A DNA stretch of 47,954 nt, taken from contig ML002209.1 of assembly GCA_003614675.1 (NCBI GenBank), positions 62,001-109,954 on the forward strand. The letters are read 5' to 3'. Below the pieces are notes generated by a model, which saw only the letters and a list, made by a program, of their open reading frames with translations, had not been told where the DNA came from and made no database searches. Position numbers and translations under genes: made by a program. Positions 12,096-24,725 of the stretch are shown here, piece by piece (positions within the stretch are counted from its first letter, which is position 1; every line of letters starts with the position of its first letter). This DNA is from Dimargaris cristalligena (lineage: Eukaryota).

Positions 12096-12710
12096 TTAAT
12101 AAGTGTGAGTGGAGTGAACGGGATGCATAGCAGTAGGGCCCTGGGATGAGTAGTGCAGGTGTTCCTCCAACCAGGCCTTCTGACCCTCGATGTCCCGAAG
12201 GTAATAGAGGAGTTCGATGCACTGCTCCTTGTCCAGTTTGCCGGTGGTGTAGTTCGCGACAATGGAGACCTGAAGCTCGGCGGCGGCGGCCGTTAGTAGG
12301 TAGTGCTTGGCGTGAAGACTCGCTTCTTCCACGGAAACAGGCTGGGGGGGTGGTTGATCGGTCCAGGTCGAGAGAGGAGGAAGAGGCACGGTTACGATAA
12401 GATCGTCGGGTTTCTTGGTGGTAGTAACCATGCGAAGTTTGCCCACCAGACGACACCAGGCACGAGCTATTCTACCCGAGATGGACTTTGGACTAGTGAC
12501 CCGGGAAATCGAAGTAGCGGGAGCGGGTTGACCACAACCGGGTTGATCGACTAGTGTAGCGGTGGAGTCACTGGTAGCTAGGGTGGTATCAGGCATGATT
12601 AATTTGGGACTAGTCGGTAGGGCAGTGTCTGGGTTGCTATCGGTGATCTTGGGAGTACGGGCAGCACTGGCCTTGGAAATATACTTGGCGAAGCTCTTGG
12701 AGGAAACCAT
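12096..12710 (-). CDS. Hypothetical 204-aa protein (S/T/P-rich N-term, helical C-term)
   Basis: ATG-initiated single-exon ORF with a pyrimidine-rich leader upstream and a U-rich region downstream. No recognisable family. Confidence 0.55.
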   Translation of the reverse strand: MVSSKSFAKYISKASAARTPKITDSNPDTALPTSPKLIMPDTTLATSDSTATLVDQPGCGQPAPATSISRVTSPKSISGRIARAWCRLVGKLRMVTTTKKPDDLIVTVPLPPLSTWTDQPPPQPVSVEEASLHAKHYLLTAAAAELQVSIVANYTTGKLDKEQCIELLYYLRDIEGQKAWLEEHLHYSSQGPTAMHPVHSTHTY

Positions 12711-14340
12711 ATTGAAGGTGGATATAAACTAGACAAAGATGAAGCTAGAAGGAACCGGACGGGGTGTAAAAAAAACAACAACTAGGAAACGGTTAAATGT
12801 TAAATGGTGCGAGCAGTCGAAAAGGGTGGACGACGAAGTTAGGGGGAATGTCAGTCCTATTTAAGCCATATTTACGAAATGTATTAAATCTATCCAGCCG
12901 AAACATTGAAGGAGCAAGGGGATATTAATTTACCTGGGGGTTGGGCAAGGTACTGGTTATAATGCATCAATAAAACAGTTCCCCACTCTCTTGGGAAAGC
13001 CACCTATGCCTAATCCAGGCCGTTTGGCCCAGGGGTATTCCAAAGTAAGCGGTAACCCGCCTTGCAGCAGCCTTCCTCTACTTCACCTGATCCTCTCAGT
13101 TCCCAGATGCAGTTGGCCTTTTGGTAACTGAATCCAGAGAACCCGCCGCTTTCAGCTGCTTATGGTACGGTTAGAGGTGGTTTCGGTACCGATGGGGTCG
13201 GGAATGAATGGGTGCCGGTAGAGAGCGAAACTAAATATTAACGAGGCTAGTGCCACTACTCCATTCACTAAACCAATCTACGTTCATTTGAGACGTCTGT
13301 CAATATATGTTTACGATCACTTGACCAAGCTATTAGGGTACTATGCCCAATACACCGATGCCGATTATCCCAAATGAACTAGGCTCACAACTATTAGGGA
13401 GCCGTATAGAAACGAGGCCAAAGGTATTAAACACATGGATTCATCCATTGCCTTGTCAGGAGCTTTCGGATAAATAAGTGTGGGCGAAGATTCCCGTCAA
13501 TTACGCTAGCGTACCCGCAGTAATAAAGTCGACAGTGAGGCCGAGATCTTTGGAGGTAAATTGGCACATAACTCGACGGTGCTGGGAGAGAGAAGATAGG
13601 CAAAGTAGGCTACCTACGTTCAAACGAAACCGTGGATCAGTATCGCGGGCTTAATAACGCTAGGCCACTGTAGTATCGTATTCCAGGAGTGATAATAGCA
13701 GTATTTCGAACTAAAAGGGCCACTCAGTCCAATACTCCAACCCAAATGCATCAAGGACTTGCATGGTCGATGGAGGGAGAGTGGTCCCAAAAACCGCGGC
13801 AATGTGGCATTATCCTCTCCAACGAGTCTTTCCCAGATGTAAAGATAAGGTACGACGAGTAATGCATGGAAAAACGCCCACATACTAAATATGGTTGGAG
13901 CATCCTTGGCTTGCATGACCATCCGGGCACCAAGCGCTTTGATTTTACCCAGTATCTAAAAGCGAGGTATGCCACTCTGGAGCAAAACATGCAGCCTCGG
14001 AGCAAATACATAACAGATGGAGTCCGTTGAATTGCACTACAAGGCCAGCAATTCCGGAAGGTTAACTAATCGGCCGACCTCAAGGTCAAATGCTCCGACA
14101 TACACACACACGTATATATATATGTGCCCAGGGATCCCGCGCTACGAAAGTACCCTTCTCGATTTCTCGTTACGCTTGAGATTTAGATTCTTAGTCGTTT
14201 TCAGCCCGTCCACGTTAACCACATATTGTCTCGCAACCTACCCATATATTGCTAGTCCATCCACACCATCTCCATTATTATTAAATTACCCTGCTCCAAC
14301 TTGCCCTATTATCTAGCTATATAGTGTTTCCATTTCCAAT

Positions 14341-16527
14341 ATGGCAGAAAACTGTATGGCTCGCCTCTTGACCAGGGTCAGACTCGTCCTGCCGTTAAAC
14401 AAGATTAGCCGCAAAATCAGCGACCTTATTTTCTCTCCACCGGATTCAGCCTCGCGTACTCCGTCGACCCCGATTTCCACGGGTATTATCCCTCCTACCA
14501 TTCCTCCTCCCCCGCCCACCCCCGGCGGCACTCCTCCCCTTACCCAATCAGCCTTGCCGAATAATTACACCCTCCCCCAGGTCACCGTCTACTCCCCGCC
14601 CGCCACCCCTTCCCCGCTGCCCAGATACACCTCCGGCATTATTCCTGCGACGCTATTTCCGTGGGTTACTACTACTAGCGGCCCCACCACCCTTCCACTA
14701 TACCCGCCCCCATCGAACACTGCTGCCGACCCAAAAGCAGCCACCTTGGTTACACCCGTGGACGCACTGCTGATACCCGCCAAGTCGGGCCCTCCTGATC
14801 CATTGGCGGGGCCCAATGCGGTTCATGGGTCTACAGTGCTGGACTATTATTCTCGCATCAACAAGCCGATATTCCGCCTCGCTCAGCTCACACGTAAATC
14901 CGCGAACGCCGCTGCCATCCCCTACACCAAAATTCCAGTGGAGTCGCCGATTTTACATCTGCTTGATATGTCGGACGTCAACTTACTGGATGAACCTATC
15001 CCCACGGCCCTGTTATACCCGCCGTCTATTCGCAATAAGGGACATACCCCACGCCAATCGTACGGCGGTATCCTTAACCTAGAAGGTACCGGGGCTACTG
15101 CCGTGCCTTTATCGCCGGTATTAGAGTCAGTCATAAGCGATCCATTTGGGATACCACATGCGGTGCAATTGTCGAAAGCCCTGGACTATTATGTTCGCAC
15201 AAACAAGTCGACATTCCGCCCCGCTCGGTCAACACGTGAATCCGTGGCGATAGCGAACACCACTGCCATGCCCCACACTAAAATTCCAGCGGAGTCGCCA
15301 ACATTGCTCAAGTTCGATATACCGGAGGTCAACTTGCTAGACGAAGCTATCCCCGCGGCAATGTTACGCCTACCGCCTACTACTAATAAAGGGAATACTT
15401 TAATTCAACCGCCTGCCATCACTGCTCCCGAAGCCACCGTAGCTACCCCCGTAAACCCATCGCTGAAATATAACCGTAATCTTGCCGATCCACTGGTATT
15501 GCCCGAAGCGGATCTCATTCCTAAAGCCCAGGATCATCGTGCTCGCATAGACGACTTAAAATTCCGCGTCACTCAGCTTAAATGTTTATCCGCTTTAGTA
15601 CCGAAACCTACCGCCACCCCCCACTATGTAACCCCCGCGGAATCGCCTAAATTGCTTACGCACAATATGCCAGAGGTAGACTTGATGGCTGAGCCCATTC
15701 CCGCGGCCCTACGGTGTCCATCTGGGCATCTGAATGGGGGGTATACCCCACTTCCGGTGGCCCCATCCGCCAACACCGCCCACCCAGGCGCCCCTCCGAA
15801 CGACCACCGCGGGTCACTACTGGTAGAAAAGGTACAGAAGGAAAATGTGGAGCAGAACCATTCCCCATCGGTGAAGGACCCCAACTTGATTCCCCGGACA
15901 ATTACCCCACTCAATGCGACTGCTATCCCCGACCTAACGGACATTCTGAAACGACTCCGTCAACTCAAAACCACTGCGTCCCATCCCGAGGCTGTTGAAA
16001 AACTCATCACCCGCATCACCCAGATCCCCCCTGGTGCCGCTTATAACCCGGTTGGGTTGGGCGATATCCAAAAGCGTCTGCGCCAGATACCGAGTGGTCG
16101 TAAACCGGTACCCGATACGGCGGACATTATCCAACGTCTCCAAAAACACAAGGCCATCTCATCCCACCCCGAGGTCATTGAAAAGTTTATTGCCCGTATC
16201 GCCCAAATCCCTCCCGGTGCCACTTATAGTCAGACGGGGTTGGCCGGCATCCGTAAACGGTTAAGCGGGATTGCGAGTGGCCGTAAACCAGTGCCCGATT
16301 TGTCGGATATTATGGAACGACTCCGCCGCCATAGGGCCCGATCTTCCTCCCCGGCGACTATTGATGCCTTTCTGGCGCGATTAGCGCAAATCCCGCTGGG
16401 GGCTTCCTTCTCACGGATTGGGCTAGAGTCCATTAGACAGCGTCTGCGGCGGGTATCTGGTACGCAACAGTTAACTGGCGTCGGTCTTTTTGACATTGGG
16501 GCTTGTCTTGGGGGCATAATTTTATAA
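14341..16527 (+). CDS. Hypothetical 728-aa Pro-rich protein with 3x ~115-aa and 3x 61-aa internal repeats
   Basis: 2187-nt uninterrupted ORF. Repeat units preserve frame and conserve amino-acid motifs (AESP..L..D..EV.L.DE.IP; PD..DI..RL....SHP..IEK.I.RI.QIPPG). Confidence 0.8.
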   Translation: MAENCMARLLTRVRLVLPLNKISRKISDLIFSPPDSASRTPSTPISTGIIPPTIPPPPPTPGGTPPLTQSALPNNYTLPQVTVYSPPATPSPLPRYTSGIIPATLFPWVTTTSGPTTLPLYPPPSNTAADPKAATLVTPVDALLIPAKSGPPDPLAGPNAVHGSTVLDYYSRINKPIFRLAQLTRKSANAAAIPYTKIPVESPILHLLDMSDVNLLDEPIPTALLYPPSIRNKGHTPRQSYGGILNLEGTGATAVPLSPVLESVISDPFGIPHAVQLSKALDYYVRTNKSTFRPARSTRESVAIANTTAMPHTKIPAESPTLLKFDIPEVNLLDEAIPAAMLRLPPTTNKGNTLIQPPAITAPEATVATPVNPSLKYNRNLADPLVLPEADLIPKAQDHRARIDDLKFRVTQLKCLSALVPKPTATPHYVTPAESPKLLTHNMPEVDLMAEPIPAALRCPSGHLNGGYTPLPVAPSANTAHPGAPPNDHRGSLLVEKVQKENVEQNHSPSVKDPNLIPRTITPLNATAIPDLTDILKRLRQLKTTASHPEAVEKLITRITQIPPGAAYNPVGLGDIQKRLRQIPSGRKPVPDTADIIQRLQKHKAISSHPEVIEKFIARIAQIPPGATYSQTGLAGIRKRLSGIASGRKPVPDLSDIMERLRRHRARSSSPATIDAFLARLAQIPLGASFSRIGLESIRQRLRRVSGTQQLTGVGLFDIGACLGGIIL

Positions 16528-19500
16528 CGTCGACTGGCATCGCCATGGGCAGGCGCTCTGTCTCTGAAACACGCAAAGGCAACCGATGATGGTTCGTCGG
16601 CTACGTGTTTTGGCACATTGGTTTGGAGACAATGGTAAATATATCCTGCCGGATAACTCCAATTGCCATATCTCAACGAAACATACACAGTGTAAGCATA
16701 TCAGCGACATTTGGGGTATTTACCTTACAGAAGCTCGGGTAAAAATTAAACCACCGCCTACTTCCCATCTCTCCATTTAAAATTGGCTTCAACCTCACCC
16801 CACTTAACAGATATCTATTAATATAGCTGGACTCATTCTCTCCCGCATAGTGCTTTAGTACCGATTCTATACCATATATTTTTATTGATTTTTTATCTAC
16901 TACTTTATTTTTCATTGTCACTCATTATGTTTCTAACTTTAGGATGTTGTTTTTTTGCAATTTGCATTCATTATTTTAAATTACACTGGTATGTTTACTA
17001 TCCACCTAGCATGGTCGGTTGTTCTCCGATATATGATGCCATATTATACAAAATAAATACCGACTATATACGTAGTAATTCGGTGTAGGTGAAATAAACA
17101 AGCTGAACCTGGCGTGGTTTCAGTTCAAGTGAGAAGCCTGAAAAATCAATGAGTAGCTTCATCACAGATGCATAAGTTCGCAAATGACTTTTGAAAGTGG
17201 AAATGGGTAAGATTGCGTTCGAATATTTATGGTCGATAATTCCGACTATCTAGATTAGAAAATATTATTCATCTTCAATGCTGATTACAGAATACGGAAT
17301 GCAGAACACGAATATGTTCCCCACTGGAGCAGCAGAATTATTGGTATATTCTCCATCCCATCTTTACAAGGAGAACCACCGACGGGTAGTGTGTATACAA
17401 CGCAAAAATCATAATGGCATTCCCTCTGGGATCGACTAAAAGCCGACCAACCACCCCATTCCGACTGTTTTAATGAAACGAGACCATCCACACCGCCTAA
17501 TCCGATCATATTGGTGCAAATGGTTAACTTAAACCACCATTACAATTATATTATGTAACAGCTAGTTAATTAGAGTAAAACTAAGGCTATTTCCAAAATA
17601 AAAATGGGGGGTTGGTTCTTGTTCCCTTTCCGTCCCCCCTTTTTTTCGCACGGAATTTACGCGGCACGAAACCCGATTCGGCTGGCACGTATCAACAATA
17701 CAAGTATATGTTGGGTTTTATTTATGGGTTGATATTTGTACATAAATAGATTGATTGATATGTGATATGCGAAAAATATGACTAACAACCCACAACTGGT
17801 AGCGAGAATTCCTAATAGACAAGATCCCCCCCTACGTGTATGTGTTCGTTCCAATTCACCTTATTCCACACACACACTTCTTCCCATTCATAGTCTGCTC
17901 CCCAGTACACCTAACCTACCTTCCCTCCCCCTGCCGGGTCAGCCCAGTGTATGTGATAACGAACAATGGCAGCGGCCTTATCTGTCCGCTGTGGGGATCT
18001 TCGAAAGGGCGTCATCATCATCCCCTAGTATCCCCCCTATCCCTGGCTATTACCCTGTTCGGTCTACCCCACCCACCACTGTCTTTTTAGCCAATAGTCC
18101 GTTCCACGAGGATGGCGAGAGGGGGGCTGCATAATCTAAACCCAAGTCCAATGGGCAAATCTTATTCCAAAGAACAGTAAGGTTCGTCTATTCAACACGG
18201 AAAATCGGCGGATTTCTGGTCAGGGCTCTGGGGTAGCAATCCTCCCCTCCCTATCCATTCCACTCTACTCACCGGATGAATGGATTGCCTCTTGTGGGGG
18301 GGGGTGCGTTCCTGTTACATTGTGAAGGGTACACGACATATCAAAATGGATCTCATTTGTGAAGGGGTTGTTCGGTAGATTGAGGATCTTAAAGCTGAGA
18401 CATTTCCTTGAGCACTACTTGGTACATTATAGCCCAGCCAATCCATTATAAGAGGTGAAGTGTGATTAAGTGGGGGGGGTACTCTCTCATATGTGGGTTA
18501 TAACATCGATTGACGGTAGATTATGTGAAGCCTATGGGCTAAGGGTAGAGGGGATTCTAAGGATAGGGGAAAACCCCAGTAATATGATGCGATAAAATGA
18601 ATATAACCTTAATCCTAGATTATAATATGATTGCAGATGTAATCAATATATAGTACCAACCCAGTACCCGGGTTGCGGGTCACTCTGGACTACTACAATC
18701 AAAGTATCACAGCCCATATCTTCCCGCATGTGGCTGGTTCCTATCTCCATAGATCGCGAGTAAAGTGACAGGCTCCATCGATGGGGAGAGGGGCAACCAA
18801 GGTTTTCTATTGAAACCTGGGTGGGAGGGGGTGTCTCAGATATTCAAACGATAACTGGTCCGTAGTGACAACGGCAATTAAGTCTAATGGAAGGGGGGCC
18901 TATCATGAATAGGGCGAGTATTATACTTCTCTGGACCAAACAAACGGCGGGGTTGGCTCACTGACAATATCCAAGTAATATAATTAAACCGCGGGAAATG
19001 AAGGGAATAGCGATGGGCGGATTGGGGGGAAGAAGGGCGCCTCGTACGCAGACGCAGGGAAATGACGGCTGACCATTGGCATGCAGAGGGAATACGAAAT
19101 ACCGAGACGCGAGGCCAACGGTTGGATATGCGTGGGGTAAAGTTTCCCACCGTCAATAATAAGTAAGTCTTGTTCTATGGACGAGTAGGAGTAGTGATAA
19201 TAGGGTGAGTATAGTTTAGTTATAAGTGAGTAGTAAGAGGAGAATATAATGAATATTGGCTTGTATAATGGCGGCCGTCCAACGCAGCTAACTGCCTATC
19301 CCATTCAGCTGAAAAGTACTCACGACTGCTGGGGTATCTGCTTAATATGACCTAATCGATATTAATGGCGCGACCCTGTTTTATTCCCAGAGTCTCCTTC
19401 TTTTCATATCGATTCAGCCTAACCCAACCACCACCAACAAAGGGGACTGCTGGCCCAAAACGAGGCACTGGGAACGAGAGACAAAGAGAAAGAGAGAGAG

Positions 19501-19824
19501 TTAGTTGCTAGTGTGTATTCTTCTCTCTTTCCCCCGCGCCTGGGCTACGCCGCCTTTGCATATAATCACCCCCTTCCCCGCCTCACTCAGCGCCCATCAT
19601 CATCATCATTATCAGCATCATAGCAACCATTATCATCCGATCCACCTCCACACTTTCTTTAATAGAGGCCCCCCCGGGCTTTTCTTCCTACTCTTTTACT
19701 CTTACTTCCACTTTCTCCGGTTCGGTTCGGTTCGGTTTGGTTTGGCCTCCTTCTTATCAACTAACTAGTTAGTGTGTTTCGTGTTAAACGTTGCCCTCTC
19801 CCCGACAGTAGTGCCCTCTCCAAG

Positions 19825-20020
19825 GTAAGCTTCGTAGTAGTACCGGCACATATAGATACTACTATTCCCACCACAAGAGTAGACGCAGGAGGAGGCTTCC
19901 GAAACCTCGCTGCTGCTTAGCCATCTCCTCCCGGAACTGGTGCGACTCACCCAACTGATTGCCTCTAACACCTACTCTACTCTGGACCTCAACCCATTTT
20001 GTCTACACTTCACCATACAG
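19825..20020 (+). other. Probable 5'UTR intron of glycogen synthase
   Basis: AAG|GTAAGC at 19825, CTCTAAC branch-like site near 19963, and TACAG acceptor ending 20020, 53 nt before the ATG. Confidence 0.55.
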
Positions 20021-20073
20021 AACCCGGCCTCTGTGTGCCTTCTTGACTTTTAAATCCGTTTACCCTCTTTACA

Positions 20074-23000
20074 ATGCCTGAAAACAATGGTCTTAAACAA
20101 GTCACCAACCCGGTGCTGTTCGAATGCGCCTGGGAAGTCGCCAATAAAGGTACGTCAAGCGCATATATGAAGAGGCACCTATAGTAGTACTATCCGCTCA
20201 CCCAACCTCCCCCTTCCATTTCTACCACCACCACTACCACCTCCCTTTCTATCCCCTAGCGTGCGAACAAAAAGGGGGCGAACGGGTAACTAGCTAGTAA
20301 GAGGGGGGAGAGAGGGGCGATGTAGCCCATAAAATGGGACCTGTATGTACACATCTCTCCACACCCCACCACTGCCTCTGGAAAAATGCCTTGATGCATT
20401 CACGCAGGGTGGGACAGTTAAGCCGAGTGAAGCCCAACAGTCTGGCCTGCATTGATGCATTCCCGGCCCTCTCGCTACTCGGGCCTGGCTTGATCTGTTA
20501 TGGACTCGCTTGCCCAACTAACGTATACCCCGTGTGTAGGAGTCGTAATCCTTAACACCGATAATCCGCTTGTATTCAAGCCACGTATGCACCAGTTCTC
20601 ACTTGGGGGCTTCCCTTTGCTGCTTTCTTACTCCCTCCAATGTAACCCCTACACCATAGTCGGTGGTATCTATACCGTCATCAAAACCAAGGCCCCCGTC
20701 ACTGTACAGGAATTCGGCAACCGGTACTGCCTGTTAGGTCCCCTCAACCACCGCTCCGCCCCCGTGGAGGTGGAGGCCATGGAGCCCACCGATCCCGCCA
20801 TTAAAAGCGCACTCGACAACCTCCGGTCAAGTGGTATCAATGTGCTCTACGGTCGGTGGCTCATCGATGGTGCTCCCACCGTCTGTCTATTTGATCTGGG
20901 GTCCGTGGCTAACCGCCTGAATGAATGGAAGGGAGATATCTGGAATATCGCCGGCATCCCCTCTCCACCCAGCGACACCGAAACCAACGATGCTATTCTT
21001 CTGGGCTATATGGTGGCTCAGTTCTTGGGTGAGGTAAGTTAAAATGAAATGGGCGGGTTTTCAGGGTACGATGGCGATGATGATGACTGCTATCACACGG
21101 ATCGGACTAGTCTTGTCGTCGTGTAACCTCTAGTGCATAGCCTTGATTTTGAGAGACATGGATTTTTCATGAAAGCGGCGGCGTCGGCCAGTCAGGCCCT
21201 CTTCACCCTAACCCACTGAGCCAGCACGGGTGATACTTGTCAGTGACAAAACTAAGGCTTACGTGACAATCCGAACATGCTAGGGTATTGGATAGCGAGT
21301 TTGAATTGGGGAGGGGGAGAGAGAGGGAGCCAAGCCCTTAATGAATTTCATTCGTCGTGAAGGCTGGTTTACAGTTTCCCTGATATAACCAGTCTGATCG
21401 ACGACGGGTCCTGACTGTATGGGTAGGGAATATCCGCCATAGTGTAATGAAAGGATCGGCCGTGTTGGTTGGAGTGACCAGAGCCTACAATCTCTCCACC
21501 ACAGACCTTCCTCACTCTCCTTCTTCTCCGACAGTTATACGCCGCCTCTTGGGCATGCATCAAAGTGTATTACTAGCGCCCTAGATTTTTTCAGAGGAAA
21601 TTTCTAATGGCATGGGTGTAGACATCATCGACATTCGTTATAATGAGCTGATGGGGTACATTCGGCTGAAATATGGTTTGGTTGGTGAACATTCAAATGT
21701 TCAACCGATCTGCACTCCACCATCCTCTCCCTCCCCGATTGACCATCGAATTCTCTGCAGATCATGTCAAATTCAATGGTTGAAGCGGAAAATTTATACC
21801 CCGGCCACGGATCGTTTCCCGACCACTAATTATATATCGAACTTTTGCTAATCTGTGTATTGTTGAACTATTTTATTCACCTATGATATGGACCCCTGTT
21901 TTTTTTTAACACCGGCACAGTATGTTGCCCACAATACCAAGAATGCTGTCATTGCCCATTTCCACGAATGGCAGTCGGGGGTTGGCGCTATTCTAGTTCA
22001 AAAGCGTAAATTGAATGTGGCCACTATTTTCACTACCCACGCCACTCTGCTGGGCCGCTACCTCTGTGCCGGGAATGAAGACTTTTACAATAACCTATCC
22101 CATTTTGACGTAGACCACGAGGCCGGCAAACGGGGCATCTACCACCGCTACTGCTTGGAGCGGGCCGCCACCCACTGTGTCAATGTGTTCACCACCGTCA
22201 GTCACATCACCGCCTACGAGGCCGAACATCTCCTGAAGCGGAAGCCCGACGGGGTAGTACCCAATGGTCTCAACGTGATCAAATTCAATGCTATGCACGA
22301 GTTCCAGAATATCCACGCCATCAGCAAGGAAAAGATCCACAATTTCGTACGGGGCCATTTCTACGGCCACTTTGACTTTAACCTAGACAATACCCTTTAC
22401 TTCTTCATCGCCGGGCGCTACGAGTACCGCAACAAGGGCGTGGATATGTACATTGAAGCACTGTCCCGCCTCAATACCCGCCTCAAGAATAGCGGATCGA
22501 GCATGACCGTCGTGGCATTTATTATCATGCCCGCCAAGACCCACTCCTTCACGGTGGAGACCCTGAAGGGCCAGGCTCTGGTAAAACAGCTCCAGGAGAC
22601 CGTGGATGAAATCCAGGCCCGTATCGGTGAACGTATCTTCGAGGAAGCCGCGCGGGGCCACGAAATCAACGTGGGTAGTTTAATGAAGGACGAGGAAAAG
22701 ATCTTGCTCAAGCGTCGTACATTCGCCCTCAAGCGCCACACCCTGCCGCCCATTGTCACGCACAACATGGCCGACGACAGTACCGACCCCGTCCTCAATC
22801 AGCTGCGCCACCTGAGTCTGTTCAACCACCCCTCCGACCGGGTCAAGATTGTCTTCCACCCGGAATTCCTCAACGCCAACAATCCGATCCTGGGCCTCGA
22901 CTACGAGGACTTTATCCGCGGTTGCCATTTGGGCGTATTCCCCAGTTACTACGAGCCTTGGGGCTACACTCCCGCCGAATGTACTGTCATGGGCGTACCT

Positions 23001-23567
23001 TCTGTCACCACCAATCTGTCTGGCTTCGGTTGCTTTATGGAGGACAACATCGAGACCCCTTCGGAGTACGGTATCTACATTGTGGACCGCCGCATGAAAT
23101 CGGCCGATGAATCCATTGAGCAGCTGTGCAGCCAAATGTTCGAATTCACCCAGAAGACCCGCCGGCAGCGCATTAACCAGCGTAACCGCGTCGAGCGTCT
23201 GTCCGACCTGCTCGACTGGAAGCGTATGGGTATTGAGTACATGAAGGCACGCCAACTGGCCCTCCGGCGCTCGTTCCCCGACTCCTTCTCGGACGACTAT
23301 TTCAACAGCCAGGCGGGCGCCAACGGTAGCTCGGGTGGGAAGATTCCCCGCCCCCTGTCGGCCCCGGGCTCCCCCCACAGCCACGGCTACGATAACGAAG
23401 AGGACCACCCATCCGCCCATTTGGCTGGCCTGGATATGGACGGCCTCCAAATTTCGACCGAGAGTTACGCCAATGCCCTACTCCATGACGACGAAGACGA
23501 AGAAGACCTGCGTCCGCCGATTAAGATTAAGACCAAGACCCCGCCCATGACTCCGCGTATGCAGTAA
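20074..23567 (+). CDS. GSY1: Glycogen synthase (GT3), 3 exons, 698 aa
   Basis: Exons are 20074-20149, 20660-21033 and 21921-23567 (GTACGT/GTAAGT donors, TAG/CAG acceptors; 2097 nt). Motifs: [56 protein letters not shown], the Arg cluster [11 protein letters not shown], and the phospho-tail RPLSAPGSP. Confidence 0.97.
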
Positions 23568-24249
23568 AAACACCGCCCGTTCTACTGTAGCGCCGGCATT
23601 ATATACCCATTATCTCCCCAGCTGCTGCCGGTCACCTGAAGCCAAATGAAGAGAATAGCCGGATGACGGGGCCTACATTTCCGATATCCCGAAAATATAA
23701 TAGTTGATAGGCCTTATCGTTGTGTAAATGCGTGTCAGTGTCGTTCCCTCGATTTCTGAGTCCATGTGTGTGTGTGTGTGTGTATATGTGTGTTCCGTTT
23801 AGTTTATGGGTGTGGAATTTCGGCCATGTTCTATAAGATGACAACCGTCAGGGCCCCCTAGCAAATAAAAAGAAAGAAAAGACTGCTACTATTTTGTTTG
23901 TCGTTGTGGTTCTTAATATTATCGTAGTATGGTTAGTCACTCTGCTGTATACTCGGCTTTTATCATTGACATTATGTGGTATATACTCCTGGATTTATTC
24001 ATTTCATATCACTCCCTCCCCTAGCTTGCCATTTCATTGGGCTAGGATGTTCACACTTCTCTTCTCGCCTCTATTATTACATCTTATTCACCTATTATAT
24101 AGAATACAAATTATATACCAGTAAATTCAGTTCGCCAGTGATGAATGTTGTACGGATTGGCGGATGTGGTGGGTAGGGAGGAGGAAGGGGACAGGTACTG
24201 CTTTTTAGGCTATTATTAAGAATGGAGAGGGATTTCTGCAAATACACTA

Positions 24250-24387
24250 TGAGTGAACTTCGACCCAGCTGTATAAGGTATTAAATGGTATGTGCGTAGA
24301 AGAAAAAGTGGGAGGTCTATTTTTAACCAGTAATATTAACACCATCCAGCGGAGTTTTCGTTATACAGCCTGGTTGAACTTCTCCTA
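24250..24387. mobile_element. MITE-like 138-bp TIR element, copy 1
   Basis: Ends TGAGTGAACTTCGACCCAGCTGTATAA ... TTATACAGCCTGGTTGAACTTCTCCTA are imperfect inverted repeats, preceded by TA. It is colinear and the same length as the copy at 27657-27794. Confidence 0.65.
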
Positions 24388-24686
24388 GTTAGTTTTGGGG
24401 GAAAATTGACCCTAAACTATTCAATCGTATTTTGTGGCTATCCATTTCATTTTATTTACGATGGTAAAAACGCACAAGAACCAAGGCCAACAACAACCCG
24501 TTGGTTATATACACTTCTGATGAACCATATAGGGGATCTAATTTAGTCGTATTTACAAATACAGGGGGTCACTTTATACAATTGTGTAAACAGACGGAAA
24601 TTAAAAAAAGGGAAAATCAGCCAAGGGTCCGTTTTTCAGAGAAAGACGGGGGAGCCACTATCGAGTATAGGTGTAATAGTAATGGG

Positions 24687-24690
<4 letters not shown>

Positions 24691-24723
<33 letters not shown>
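24691..24723. repeat. (AG)n microsatellite
   Basis: Direct read. Similar tracts occur at 27105-27129 and 36824-36851. Confidence 0.9.

Positions 24724-24725
<2 letters not shown>

Noticed and set aside
13000-14316. Short ORFs 13620-14011 and 14017-14316
   Set aside because: No recognisable homology, codon bias or consistent splice model.
17657-19156. Short ORFs upstream of GSY1
   Set aside because: Low-complexity translations, mostly non-ATG starts, and no support.
22680-23450. Long antisense ORFs over GSY1 (also 33751-34434 over RPS6, 37574-38194 over VMA2, 30522-31091 over PTC2)
   Set aside because: They are shadows of strong C-ending codon bias on the coding strand and carry no recognisable motifs.
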